Positions 8,736 to 16,904 of a stretch of DNA of 44,417 bases are shown here, piece by piece. The position numbers and the translations under genes are program-made. The notes beneath the pieces were generated by a model that saw only the letters and a list, made by a program, of their open reading frames with translations, made no database searches and was not told where the DNA came from. The stretch lies in the NCBI GenBank assembly GCA_025352005.1, contig JANXUE010000291.1, positions 1 to 44,417 of the forward strand, in the 5' to 3' direction. Numbering within the stretch: position 1 is the first letter of the stretch; each line of letters starts with the position of its first letter. The DNA is from Frankiales bacterium (GTDB taxonomy: Bacteria; Actinomycetota; Actinomycetes; Mycobacteriales; SCTD01).

Positions 8736-8903
8736 CTAGCGGACAGCGAGGCGGGCGAGGCGAACCTGGAGGTTCGCTCGGTCTGCCTTGCGCTGCAAGC
8801 GCCGGACGGTGAGCAGGCGGCGGGCGCGGTTGTCGGCCTCCGCCTGGAGTTGTCGCTCATGCACGAGGGCGCGAGCGGTCTGTTCGACGAGCGGGGTGTA
8901 CAT
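8736..8903 (-). CDS. 55-aa Arg-rich helical microprotein downstream of whiB7
   Basis: AGGAGA SD before ATG; MYTPLVEQTARALVHERQLQAEADNRARRLLTVRRLQRKADRANLQVRLARLAVR; terminator hairpin follows. Confidence 0.7.
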   Translation of the reverse strand: MYTPLVEQTARALVHERQLQAEADNRARRLLTVRRLQRKADRANLQVRLARLAVR

Positions 8904-8962
8904 GAGAAGTCTCCTGATGAGGTAGTTCACGAGTGCGGAAAGTCGCGCGGTCCTGTCGACTG

Positions 8963-9331
8963 TCACGCCGCGCTGGCCGTGCTGGTCGCGGTCAGGCCGT
9001 CCTTGCGGGGACGGCCCCTGGGCCGCTTGCGGGGGACGACGACTCCGGCGAGCACGAGCTGCCCGCCCCAGACGCCCCACGGCTCTTGGCGCTCGAGGGC
9101 GCCGGCGAGGCACGCGGCCCGCAGCGGGCAGGGCAGGCAGAGGGCCTTGGCGGCCTCGACATCCGCCGGGGACTCCGCGAACCACAGGTCAGGGGCGACC
9201 GTATGGCAGGGGAGCTCACGGCCCCGCGTGCTGGGCACGCGGGTCTGGTCGGGCTCGCCGGTCTCTGCGCCGACGCGGACGTCGGTCTCGTCGACCTGGC
9301 TTCGGGGTCGAGTAGGTGTGAGCGTGGACAC
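8963..9331 (-). CDS. whiB7: WhiB7/WblC Fe-S transcriptional activator of antibiotic-stress genes
   Basis: Four Cys (LPC...CLPCPLRAAC), EPWGVWGG, C-terminal AT-hook RPRGRPRK; GAGGAGGT SD; position downstream of uvrD2. Confidence 0.95.
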   Translation of the reverse strand: MSTLTPTRPRSQVDETDVRVGAETGEPDQTRVPSTRGRELPCHTVAPDLWFAESPADVEAAKALCLPCPLRAACLAGALERQEPWGVWGGQLVLAGVVVPRKRPRGRPRKDGLTATSTASAA

Positions 9332-9483
9332 CGGATGTCACCTCCTCGTGACGGGTGGCTCGGTGGTGGGTCTCGCCGGGAGCCGGGTGGTGCAGGTATT
9401 CGGGTCGGCTGTGGCGCCGGGTTGTGGTGCGGGCGGTGGTACTGCCGTGATGCGGGTGCGCTGGTCGAGCGGGCCGGGCGGCT

Positions 9484-9530
9484 GGGAAAACGACAGAGGC
9501 CGCGGATCCCTTGACGGGTTCCGCGGCCTC
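9484..9530 (-). terminator. Attenuator terminator of the whiB7 leader
   Basis: Stem GAGGCCGCGGA...TCCGCGGCCTC (9496-9530) followed by TGTCGTTTTCCC on the minus strand, just after the uORF stop. Confidence 0.9.
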
Positions 9531-9550
9531 GAGGCTGCTGCGCTGGTGTG

Positions 9551-9784
9551 TCAGCGCTTTCGTCCTCGAGGTGGGTGAACCCGGTCGTCCTGACGGACGG
9601 CGGCAAGGGTGGCCGTGACGGTCGTTCCGGAAGCCTTCGGCACCGGGTAGCCGGCGAAGGACAGACCACTCCCGTGCCGCGACGCGTTCGGACCCGTGCT
9701 GAACACACGGGACCCGATCTCACTCGGGCAGACGGGAGCACCCCAGCCGGCGGAACCGCTGTGGGCGTTAAGGGTGCTGCTCAT
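9551..9784 (-). CDS. whiB7 leader peptide (uORF, 77 aa)
   Basis: GAGGAGG SD before ATG; lies between promoter and terminator as in described whiB7/wblC leaders. Confidence 0.8.
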   Translation of the reverse strand: MSSTLNAHSGSAGWGAPVCPSEIGSRVFSTGPNASRHGSGLSFAGYPVPKASGTTVTATLAAVRQDDRVHPPRGRKR

Positions 9785-9835
9785 GACGGTTCCTCCTCTC
9801 GTGGGGCGCCAGCAATCGCTGGCCGTGTGACAGCG

Positions 9836-9875
9836 AGGCTAAAGGGAGGCTCCACACAAGCGCAACGCCTTTTTC
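9836..9875 (-). promoter_or_regulatory. WhiB7-dependent housekeeping-sigma promoter (autoregulatory)
   Basis: GAAAAA-ggcg-TTGCGC-N18-TAGCCT: A-tract just upstream of -35, the known AT-hook binding arrangement. Confidence 0.85.
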
Positions 9876-9912
9876 GCAAACTTCTCACAGCCGCCGTCGA
9901 GAGAGGTCGCGC

Positions 9913-11943
9913 TCAGGGTGACGTGACGAGAGCAAGGACGTCTGCTCCGAACTTGTCGAGCTTGCTCTGGCCGATGCCGGGGATCTTCACCAGCGCCGCC
10001 ACCGTGGCCGGCTTCTGCTCGGCGATCGCGGCCAGGGTGGCGTCGGTGAAGACGCAGTACGCCGGCTGGCCAAGGCCCTTGGCCCGCTCCGCCCGCCAGC
10101 TGCGCAAGGCGTCGTACAGGACGTCGTCGCGGTCTGAAGGGCAGCTCTCGCAGCGGCCGAGCTTCTTGTCGACGGCACTGCTCAGGACGGCCGAGCAGAT
10201 CCGACAGGTGACCCGGGCCCCTCCCCGGGCAGTCCGAGGCGTGCGCGCCACCGGCGCCTGCGGGACGACACCGCGAAGGAGCCCGTCGAGAAAGCGCGAC
10301 GGTCGGCGGCTGGCCCGGCCGCCGGGGGAACGGGCCAGCGCCCAGGACAGCCCCAGGTGCTCACGGGCGCGGGTGACCCCGACGTACAGCAGGCGTCGCT
10401 CCTCCTCGACTTGGTTCGGCGTATCGGCGTGGACGAGCGGCAGCGTGCCGTCGACGAGTCCCACGACGAAGACGGCGTCCCACTCGAGGCCCTTCGCGGC
10501 GTGCAGGGAGGCAAGCGTGACCCCGTCGACGGTCGGTGCGTGCTGGGCGGCGGCCCGCTCCTCGAGCTCGGCGACGAAGCCGGGCAGGTCCAGGTCGGGC
10601 GAGTCGACCGCGAGGCGGTGCAGAGCGGACAGCGACTCCCAGCGCTCCCGCACGGCGCCGCTGCCAGGCGGCGGCTCGAGCGTCCACCCCCGGACGGCGA
10701 GGACACTGGCCACCGCGTCGGGCAGGGCCGCCGGGCGGTCGTCCACCGCCCGCGCCTGGCCGCGCAGCAGGAGCAACGCCTCACGGACCTCGGGGCGGTC
10801 GAAGAACCGCTCGCCCCCGCGCAGGACATAGGGCACCTCGGCGTTGGAAAGCGCCGCCTCGTAGGCCGCTGACTGGGCGTTGATCCGGTAGAGGACGGCG
10901 ATCTCGGAGGCGGGGACCCCGGACCGGATCAGCTGCACGCAACGGCGGGCCACGGAGGTGGCCTCCTCCAGCTCGTCGGCGTGCTCGCTGAACACCGGGT
11001 CAGGACCCGGGGGCCGCTGCGCCTGCAGCTCGAGCTTGTCGCGCACCGAGGCGAGCACGCCGTTCGCGAGCTCGACGACCTGGGGGGTGGAGCGGTAGTC
11101 CCGGACCAGCTTCACGACGGTCGCGTCGGGGAAGCGCTGACGAAAGCCCAACAGGTACTGCGGGGTCGCGCCCGTGAAGGAGTAGATGGTCTGCTGCGCG
11201 TCGCCGACGACGCACAGGTCCTGCCGGCCGCCGAGCCAGGCGTCGAGCAGGCGCTGCTGGAGCGGGGTGACGTCCTGGTACTCGTCGACGACAAAACTGC
11301 GGTAGCGGGACCGGAACTCGGTCGCCACGTCCGCGTGCTCCTCCAGGATGCCCGCCGTCAGCATGAGCAGGTCGTCGAAGTCGGCTACGCCCTGGGCGGT
11401 CTTGAGGTCGCGGTAGGCCGCGTAGACAGCCGCGACGTCCGGGGCCGGGAACGGCGGTGTCCGCCCCGCGGAGGCCGCGACGTAGCCGTCGGGAGCGACC
11501 AGCGTGCAGGTGGCCCACTCGATCTCGCTCAGCAGGTCGCGGATCTCGCTGGTCCCGGGCCGCAGCCGGGCCCGCGTGGCGGCGTTGGCGACCAGCTGGA
11601 ACTTGTTGGTCAGCAGGGTCGGCGGCGCTCCGCCCACCACCTTGGGCCAGAAGTAGGACAGCTGTTTCATCGCCGCGGCGTGGAACGTGCGGGCCTGCAC
11701 CCCGTCGGCCCCCAGCAGACGCAGGCGGGTGCGCATCTCCCCCGCGGCCCTGGCCGTGAACGTCACGGCCAGCATCGACGCCGCCGGCACGGCCCCAGTC
11801 TGCACGGCATACGCCGCCCGATGCGTGATGGTGCGCGTCTTGCCCGTTCCGGCTCCCGCCAGCACGCACACCGGCCCGCTCACGGCTGCCGCGGCGGCGC
11901 GCTGCTCGGGGTCGAGCGCGTCGAGGAGGGCTTCCGGGGTCAC
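9913..11943 (-). CDS. uvrD2: ATP-dependent DNA helicase UvrD2 (SF1 motor, CxxC-CxxC, HRDC domain)
   Basis: AGAGTGKT, VDEYQD, GDAQQTIY, HAAKGLEW, EERRLLYVGVTRA, CRIC...CESC, HRDC C-terminus; leaderless GAGAAT-N6-GTG. Confidence 0.95.
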   Translation of the reverse strand: MTPEALLDALDPEQRAAAAAVSGPVCVLAGAGTGKTRTITHRAAYAVQTGAVPAASMLAVTFTARAAGEMRTRLRLLGADGVQARTFHAAAMKQLSYFWPKVVGGAPPTLLTNKFQLVANAATRARLRPGTSEIRDLLSEIEWATCTLVAPDGYVAASAGRTPPFPAPDVAAVYAAYRDLKTAQGVADFDDLLMLTAGILEEHADVATEFRSRYRSFVVDEYQDVTPLQQRLLDAWLGGRQDLCVVGDAQQTIYSFTGATPQYLLGFRQRFPDATVVKLVRDYRSTPQVVELANGVLASVRDKLELQAQRPPGPDPVFSEHADELEEATSVARRCVQLIRSGVPASEIAVLYRINAQSAAYEAALSNAEVPYVLRGGERFFDRPEVREALLLLRGQARAVDDRPAALPDAVASVLAVRGWTLEPPPGSGAVRERWESLSALHRLAVDSPDLDLPGFVAELEERAAAQHAPTVDGVTLASLHAAKGLEWDAVFVVGLVDGTLPLVHADTPNQVEEERRLLYVGVTRAREHLGLSWALARSPGGRASRRPSRFLDGLLRGVVPQAPVARTPRTARGGARVTCRICSAVLSSAVDKKLGRCESCPSDRDDVLYDALRSWRAERAKGLGQPAYCVFTDATLAAIAEQKPATVAALVKIPGIGQSKLDKFGADVLALVTSP

Positions 11944-11972
11944 CGGTGCATTCTCCCAGACCGGTACGACGG

Positions 11973-11999
11973 GGAAGATGCGGCTCGGACTCCCTGTTG
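11973..11999 (+). promoter_or_regulatory. SigR/SigH-type ECF promoter upstream of mycoredoxin
   Basis: GGAAG-N18-GTTG, close to the GGAA(T/Y)-N18-GTT consensus; fits a thiol-stress gene. Confidence 0.7.
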
Positions 12000-12052
12000 A
12001 CAGGAACGACGGTTGACAGCCGCCGCCGCCCCAGACCCGAGGAGATCTCAGC

Positions 12053-12295
12053 GTGGCCGACCAGATGACCATCTACAGCACCCCCTGGTGCGGCTACTGC
12101 CACCGGCTCATGAAGCAGCTCGACCGCGAGGGCGTCCCCTACCTGACCGTCGACATCGAGCAGGACCCGGAAGCGGCCGACTACGTGATGCGCGTCAACG
12201 GGGGCAACCAAACCGTTCCGACGGTCGTTTTCCCGGACGGGAGCGCCCTCACCAACCCAAGCCTCGCCCAGGTCAAGGACAAGCTCGCCGCCTGA
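12053..12295 (+). CDS. mrx1: Mycoredoxin (glutaredoxin-like)
   Basis: TPWCGYC active site, GGNQTVPTV; GAGGAG SD; divergent from uvrD2. Confidence 0.92.
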   Translation: MADQMTIYSTPWCGYCHRLMKQLDREGVPYLTVDIEQDPEAADYVMRVNGGNQTVPTVVFPDGSALTNPSLAQVKDKLAA

Positions 12296-12411
12296 ACCGG
12301 CCCTGCTCTGCCGCGCGCTGTATGACATTCGTCGATGGGTCGGCGATGCTTGCCGCGTGTCGGCTCGAGTCACGGGTCGACGGACATCGCACGGTCCACG
12401 AAAGACGCGGA

Positions 12412-13263
12412 GTGACGACCTTGGCCCTGCCTCAGCTCAACCATCCGACCATCGACGCTGTCCTGTCGACGGCCGCGACGCTGCTCAGGATGGAGGTCGT
12501 CTTCCTCGGCGGCCTGACCGAGGACACGTTCACCTTCGAGCGGGTCCAGGCGAAGGCCGAGTGGCCCGGCCTCGACGAGGGCGCCAGCACCGACCGAAGC
12601 GACTCGTTCTGCCACCGGCTGCTGGCCGGCGCTCCGAGCACCACCTCGCATGCTGCCGGCGACCCCGCCTATGCCAACCTGCCCGTCCAAGAGCGCTTGG
12701 GTATCGAGTCCTACGTCGGCGTGCCGGTCCGGGGCGCAGACGGCACAGTGGTCGCCACGCTGTGCGGCATCGACCGGGGCAGTGTGGAGGTCTCTGAGGA
12801 AGCGATCTCCGTGCTCCGCCAGCTTGCCAGGGTCGTCGCCGCCCAGCTCGGAGAGCTGACCGCGGACCGGGTCACCATCCGGCGTACACCGAGGGGCGGG
12901 TGGGCGGTCGGCGGGGAGCCGACCGAGGACCTCACGAGCGCGATGGTGCTGGCGGACCTGCTGGCAACAGAGCTCGCGCCGGCCGGACGGCCCGCCAAGT
13001 CCGACGCGCCCCTGGACGAGGTCGCCCAGCTCAAGCTGTCCGTGAAGCAGCTCGAGCACGCCCTGGCCGCCCGGGTGGTTGTCGAACAGGCCATCGGTGT
13101 CCTGACCGAGCGGCAGGGGAGCAGTCCCCGCGCAGCCTTCGAGCGGCTACGCAAGGTCGCCCGGTCACGTGGCCGCAAGGTCCACGACCTGGCCCGCGAG
13201 GTCGTCGCTTCCGCCACCGACCATGCCGTACCCCTGCCACCTGAGCTGGCTGGACACCGCTGA
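12412..13263 (+). CDS. GAF and ANTAR domain RNA-binding regulator
   Basis: GAF (SFCHRLL...IESYVGVPV...TLCGID) and ANTAR (ALAARVVVEQAIGVL...AFERLRKVARSRGRKVHDLAREVV); start GTG 12412 or TTG 12421. Confidence 0.85.
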   Translation: MTTLALPQLNHPTIDAVLSTAATLLRMEVVFLGGLTEDTFTFERVQAKAEWPGLDEGASTDRSDSFCHRLLAGAPSTTSHAAGDPAYANLPVQERLGIESYVGVPVRGADGTVVATLCGIDRGSVEVSEEAISVLRQLARVVAAQLGELTADRVTIRRTPRGGWAVGGEPTEDLTSAMVLADLLATELAPAGRPAKSDAPLDEVAQLKLSVKQLEHALAARVVVEQAIGVLTERQGSSPRAAFERLRKVARSRGRKVHDLAREVVASATDHAVPLPPELAGHR

Positions 13264-13295
13264 CCCCGGTCACGACCGCCGCTCTCGCCGAGGGG

Positions 13296-13853
13296 TTGGC
13301 CGACCGGCTCGACCTCCCGGGCACCCCGCGACTGCTGCTCGACGGCATCGGTACGACGGAGCTCGCCGTCTCGGTCCGTGAGGCCCTTCGCACCCGCGGC
13401 CGCCAGCCCCTGCTTGTCGCCGCCGAGGGGTTCTGGCGCCCTGCCGGAGAGCGGTTCACCCACGGACGCGAGGACTGGCAGGAGTTCCGCGACAGCTGGC
13501 TCAACGCGGGAGCCCTGCGGCGGGAGGTCCTCGACGCCGTCATGGGTCCGAAGCCGACCTGGCTGCCGGCGCTCTGGGACGTCGCACGCGACCGGTCGGC
13601 CAGGCTCACGGCCCTCCCCGTCCCCGACCGAGCCGTGGTCATCGTCCACGGGGTCTTCCTGCTTGGGCGCGAGCTGCCCGCCGAGCTCGTGGCGCACGTC
13701 GCACTGTCACCGGCGGCCCTGAGCAGGCGCGGCGTTCCCGGCTGGCAGCTCGCGGCGTTCGCGACCTACGACGACCAGGTCCGTCCCAGCGAGTTGTGCG
13801 ACGTCCTGGTGCGGGCCGAGGACCCGTTGCGGCCGGCCGTCCGCTGGCCGTGA
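13296..13853 (+). CDS. Uridine kinase-like P-loop-family protein (degenerate P-loop)
   Basis: Resembles actinobacterial 'uridine kinase' family (FWRPA..R...GRED, ALRREVL, LWDVARDR, VLVRAEDPLRP); frame is open from about 13245, start uncertain. Confidence 0.6.
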   Translation: MADRLDLPGTPRLLLDGIGTTELAVSVREALRTRGRQPLLVAAEGFWRPAGERFTHGREDWQEFRDSWLNAGALRREVLDAVMGPKPTWLPALWDVARDRSARLTALPVPDRAVVIVHGVFLLGRELPAELVAHVALSPAALSRRGVPGWQLAAFATYDDQVRPSELCDVLVRAEDPLRPAVRWP

Positions 13854-13865
13854 CCTACCCGTCCT

Positions 13866-14663
13866 TCACACGTCCCGATAGCGCGCCTCGACGAACGACC
13901 ACGCACCGAACGCGAGCAGCCCGAGGGCGGCAACGAGCAGCAGGACCGTCCCGAATGCCTGCTGCGCCAGCGTCTTCAAGGCCGCGTCGAGACCCTTGGC
14001 CTTGTTGGGGTCGAACGTGACGGCCGCGTCGACGAGGAAGCCGCCAATGAGGCAGAACACCAAGCCTCGGCCGACCAGCCCGGCCGTCCCGAGCCGCTCC
14101 GCAAGGCTGCGGCTGGTCGGCGTCGGCAGCGTGAGCTTTTTGAGGAACTTCTTCTTCAGCCCTCGGTAGGCCATGTAGAGACCGCCGCCGATCACGGCGA
14201 CCCCGGCGGCACCGACGAGCAACTGACCGCCGGTCATGGCCATCACCCGGGCGGTCAGCGGCCTGGTCTTGTCCTGGCTGCCGCCGCTGGACACGAAGGT
14301 CAGGGTCGTGACCGCGAAGGACCCGTACAGCAGGCCTCTGGCCAGCGACCCCAGTCGCTTCACGACCTTCTTGCCGCCCTCCTCGTCCTGGTGCCCGACC
14401 GCCGCCTCCAGCAGCCGCCAGGCCGCGTAGCCTGCGAAGCCGATGGCCAGGACGACCAGGAGGACCTCGCCGAACGGCTGCTTCCGGATCGCCCCGAGCG
14501 CTCCACTGCGGTCCGCCTCACCCCCCTTGCCCACCGAGACCTGAACGGCGAGCAGCCCGATCACCGCGTACACCAGGCCCCGCGCTGCCAGGCCGAGCCG
14601 GGCCAGGGCCTCGACCGGTTTGCTGTCCTTCGCCTGACGCGCCGCCTTTTCAGTGCTGCTCAT
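13866..14663 (-). CDS. DUF1206 multi-pass membrane protein
   Basis: LARLGLAARGLVY, GALGAIRKQPFG, GLDAALKTLAQQAFG, EARYR; three repeated two-helix units. Confidence 0.85.
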   Translation of the reverse strand: MSSTEKAARQAKDSKPVEALARLGLAARGLVYAVIGLLAVQVSVGKGGEADRSGALGAIRKQPFGEVLLVVLAIGFAGYAAWRLLEAAVGHQDEEGGKKVVKRLGSLARGLLYGSFAVTTLTFVSSGGSQDKTRPLTARVMAMTGGQLLVGAAGVAVIGGGLYMAYRGLKKKFLKKLTLPTPTSRSLAERLGTAGLVGRGLVFCLIGGFLVDAAVTFDPNKAKGLDAALKTLAQQAFGTVLLLVAALGLLAFGAWSFVEARYRDV

Positions 14664-14724
14664 GCCGGGCACTTCCCCCGACGTCCGGGCCACCAACCGC
14701 AACCGACCAGAACGTCCCGATGTG

Positions 14725-15570
14725 TCAGGCTTCAAGCCAGCCCATGATCAGCCGGTAGGCAATCGACACCGGCCCGGGGAGCATCGACGCACCGTCGCGC
14801 AGGTCGTCCTTGGAGAACCAGCGGGCATCCTCGAGCTCGCCGTCCCGGGCCACCGGCACCGCGTCGGCGTCGCACGTGGCGGTAAAGCCGAGCATCAGGC
14901 TTGCCGGGAACGGCCAGGGCTGCGAGCCCTGGTAGGCGACGTCACGCACGCCGATCCCGGTCTCCTCCATGACCTCCCGTACGACGGCCTGCTCCGCGCT
15001 CTCGCCCGGCTCGACGAAGCCGGCCAGAGTCGAGTAGCGACCGGCCGGCCAGATCGCCTGCCGGCCCAGGACGCAGCGGTCCGCACCGTCGGTCACGAGC
15101 ACGATCATGGCCGGGTCGGTGCGGGGGAAGTGCTCGCTTCCGTCCTCGGGACAGCGGCGTACGGCGCCTCCGCGAGCCGACGCCGTGGGGGCGCCGCAAC
15201 GCGGGCAGCGGGGGTGGGAGGCGTGCCAGTTGGCGAGCCCGACAGCGTGCACGAGCAGCCCTGCGTCGCGGTCGGACAGCAGCGCGCCGACGTCACGAAG
15301 TCCCTTGGCCTGAGCACCGAGACGACGGGGAAGTGCTGCGGCTACGGCGAAGTAGGCCTGACCGTCCTTGGCACCCAGATAGAGCCGGTCCCCGTCCGGG
15401 GCATCGCCAGGATCGAGAAGGAGCAACTCGGTGCCGTCCATCAAGGCCCGCGCCTGGTCGTCGACGACGAGCACGCGAGCGGTCTGCCAGGCCCTGTCCA
15501 GGGCCTCCGGCGACTCGCGGGTGGCAGCGTCACGGTCGACCGTCGCCCGCGAGAGGGCCGGTGGCCTCAC
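14725..15570 (-). CDS. nudC: NAD(H) diphosphatase NudC
   Basis: CPRCG zinc ribbon, FPRTDPAMI, Nudix box AGFVEPGES...REVMEETG, SQPWPFPASLM; GTGA overlap with upstream stop. Confidence 0.95.
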   Translation of the reverse strand: MRPPALSRATVDRDAATRESPEALDRAWQTARVLVVDDQARALMDGTELLLLDPGDAPDGDRLYLGAKDGQAYFAVAAALPRRLGAQAKGLRDVGALLSDRDAGLLVHAVGLANWHASHPRCPRCGAPTASARGGAVRRCPEDGSEHFPRTDPAMIVLVTDGADRCVLGRQAIWPAGRYSTLAGFVEPGESAEQAVVREVMEETGIGVRDVAYQGSQPWPFPASLMLGFTATCDADAVPVARDGELEDARWFSKDDLRDGASMLPGPVSIAYRLIMGWLEA

Positions 15571-16904
15571 GAGGTCTCGAGCTCGACCAGGGTCCGCAGG
15601 CTGTCGGCAACCACAGCGGTGTCGCCGACGAAGACGGGCGTCAGCACCGACGGCGAGAACCAGCGCGCCCCGGCCGCAAGCACGTCCTCGACGGTGACTG
15701 CCCCGAGCGCCTTGGGGTAGTCGCGCAGCCACTGCACCCCCAGGCCCGACGAGGCCAGCTGCGACAGCAGTCCGGCCAGGCCGGCCTGGGACGCAGTCCC
15801 CAGGGCGAGGGTCCCGATCGCGTAGCGCCGCGCCATGTCGAGCTCGGCCTGGTCGACGGGGACGGTAGCCATCCGGCCGAGCTCGTACAGCGTCTCCAAC
15901 AGGGCGGGCGCCGTCACCCCGGTCGCGACGTCGGCACCGGCGCTGAGCCGCGAGCCGGCCGGCGGGTGGTCGATGCCGGAGTGCGGGCTGTAGGTGTAGC
16001 CCTTGTCCTCGCGGATGTTGGCGACCCAGCGCGAGCTGAAGTAGCCACCGAAGACAAGGTTGGCCAGGACCGCCGAGGCGAAGCCCGGATCCTCCCGGGA
16101 GGGCGCGGCTCCCCCGAACCGTAGGGTGGTCTGCACCGCCCCGGGACGGTCGATCAGCAGGGCCGTGCGGCCGACCTGCGGCGGGGCAGGGGGGGTCACG
16201 ACCGGCGTGACCTGGGCGGTCCAGCCGGCCAGGGCCTTCGCGACCAGGGCTGTCGCCCGGGCCGGGCTGATGTCGCCGACGAGGGTCAGCACGCTGCCGG
16301 CCGGGGCGATCCGGGCGTCGTGCAGAGCCCTTAGGTGCTTGGGTCGGACGGCCTCGACGGCCGCTGCGGTCGGCAGGTCCACGGCGTACGGGTGGTCGCC
16401 GTACATCCTGGCCATGAGGGCCTCACGGGCGACCACCCCGGCTGAGCTTCGGTTGATCGCGAGCTCCTGAACGAGCCGGTCACGCTCGCCCTCGACCTCC
16501 CGCTTGGGGTAGGAAGCGGAGGTCAGCAGCTCACCGAGCAGATGGAGCAGACCGGGCAGGCCTGCGCTCAGGACCGATCCGCCGAAGCCGAGCCGGTCGG
16601 CGTCGGTGCTGGCCGACAGCTGGCCGCCGAGGGTCTGCAGGTCGACAGCGATCTGCTTCGCATCCCGCCGGTCGGTGCCCGACAGAAGGGTGTCGGCGAG
16701 CAAGGTCGCGCGGGCAACATGTGGCATGCCGTTCTTGCCCGACGGAGCGGCGAAGGGGACACGCAGCCGCAGCTCGACGAGCGGGACCCCTGGACGCCGC
16801 ACTGCGAGGACCCTCAGACCGTTGTCGAGCACGGTGTCGGTGACCGTGGGGAGCTTGGCGACCCGATGCTTGGCGAGGGGCGGAAGCACTCGCGCCGTAG
16901 TCAT
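15567..16904 (-). CDS. M16 peptidase family, non-catalytic subunit
   Basis: LDNGLRV, GGYFSSR...IREDKGYTYS; no HxxEH; coupled to the catalytic subunit. Confidence 0.9.
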   Translation of the reverse strand: MTTARVLPPLAKHRVAKLPTVTDTVLDNGLRVLAVRRPGVPLVELRLRVPFAAPSGKNGMPHVARATLLADTLLSGTDRRDAKQIAVDLQTLGGQLSASTDADRLGFGGSVLSAGLPGLLHLLGELLTSASYPKREVEGERDRLVQELAINRSSAGVVAREALMARMYGDHPYAVDLPTAAAVEAVRPKHLRALHDARIAPAGSVLTLVGDISPARATALVAKALAGWTAQVTPVVTPPAPPQVGRTALLIDRPGAVQTTLRFGGAAPSREDPGFASAVLANLVFGGYFSSRWVANIREDKGYTYSPHSGIDHPPAGSRLSAGADVATGVTAPALLETLYELGRMATVPVDQAELDMARRYAIGTLALGTASQAGLAGLLSQLASSGLGVQWLRDYPKALGAVTVEDVLAAGARWFSPSVLTPVFVGDTAVVADSLRTLVELETS

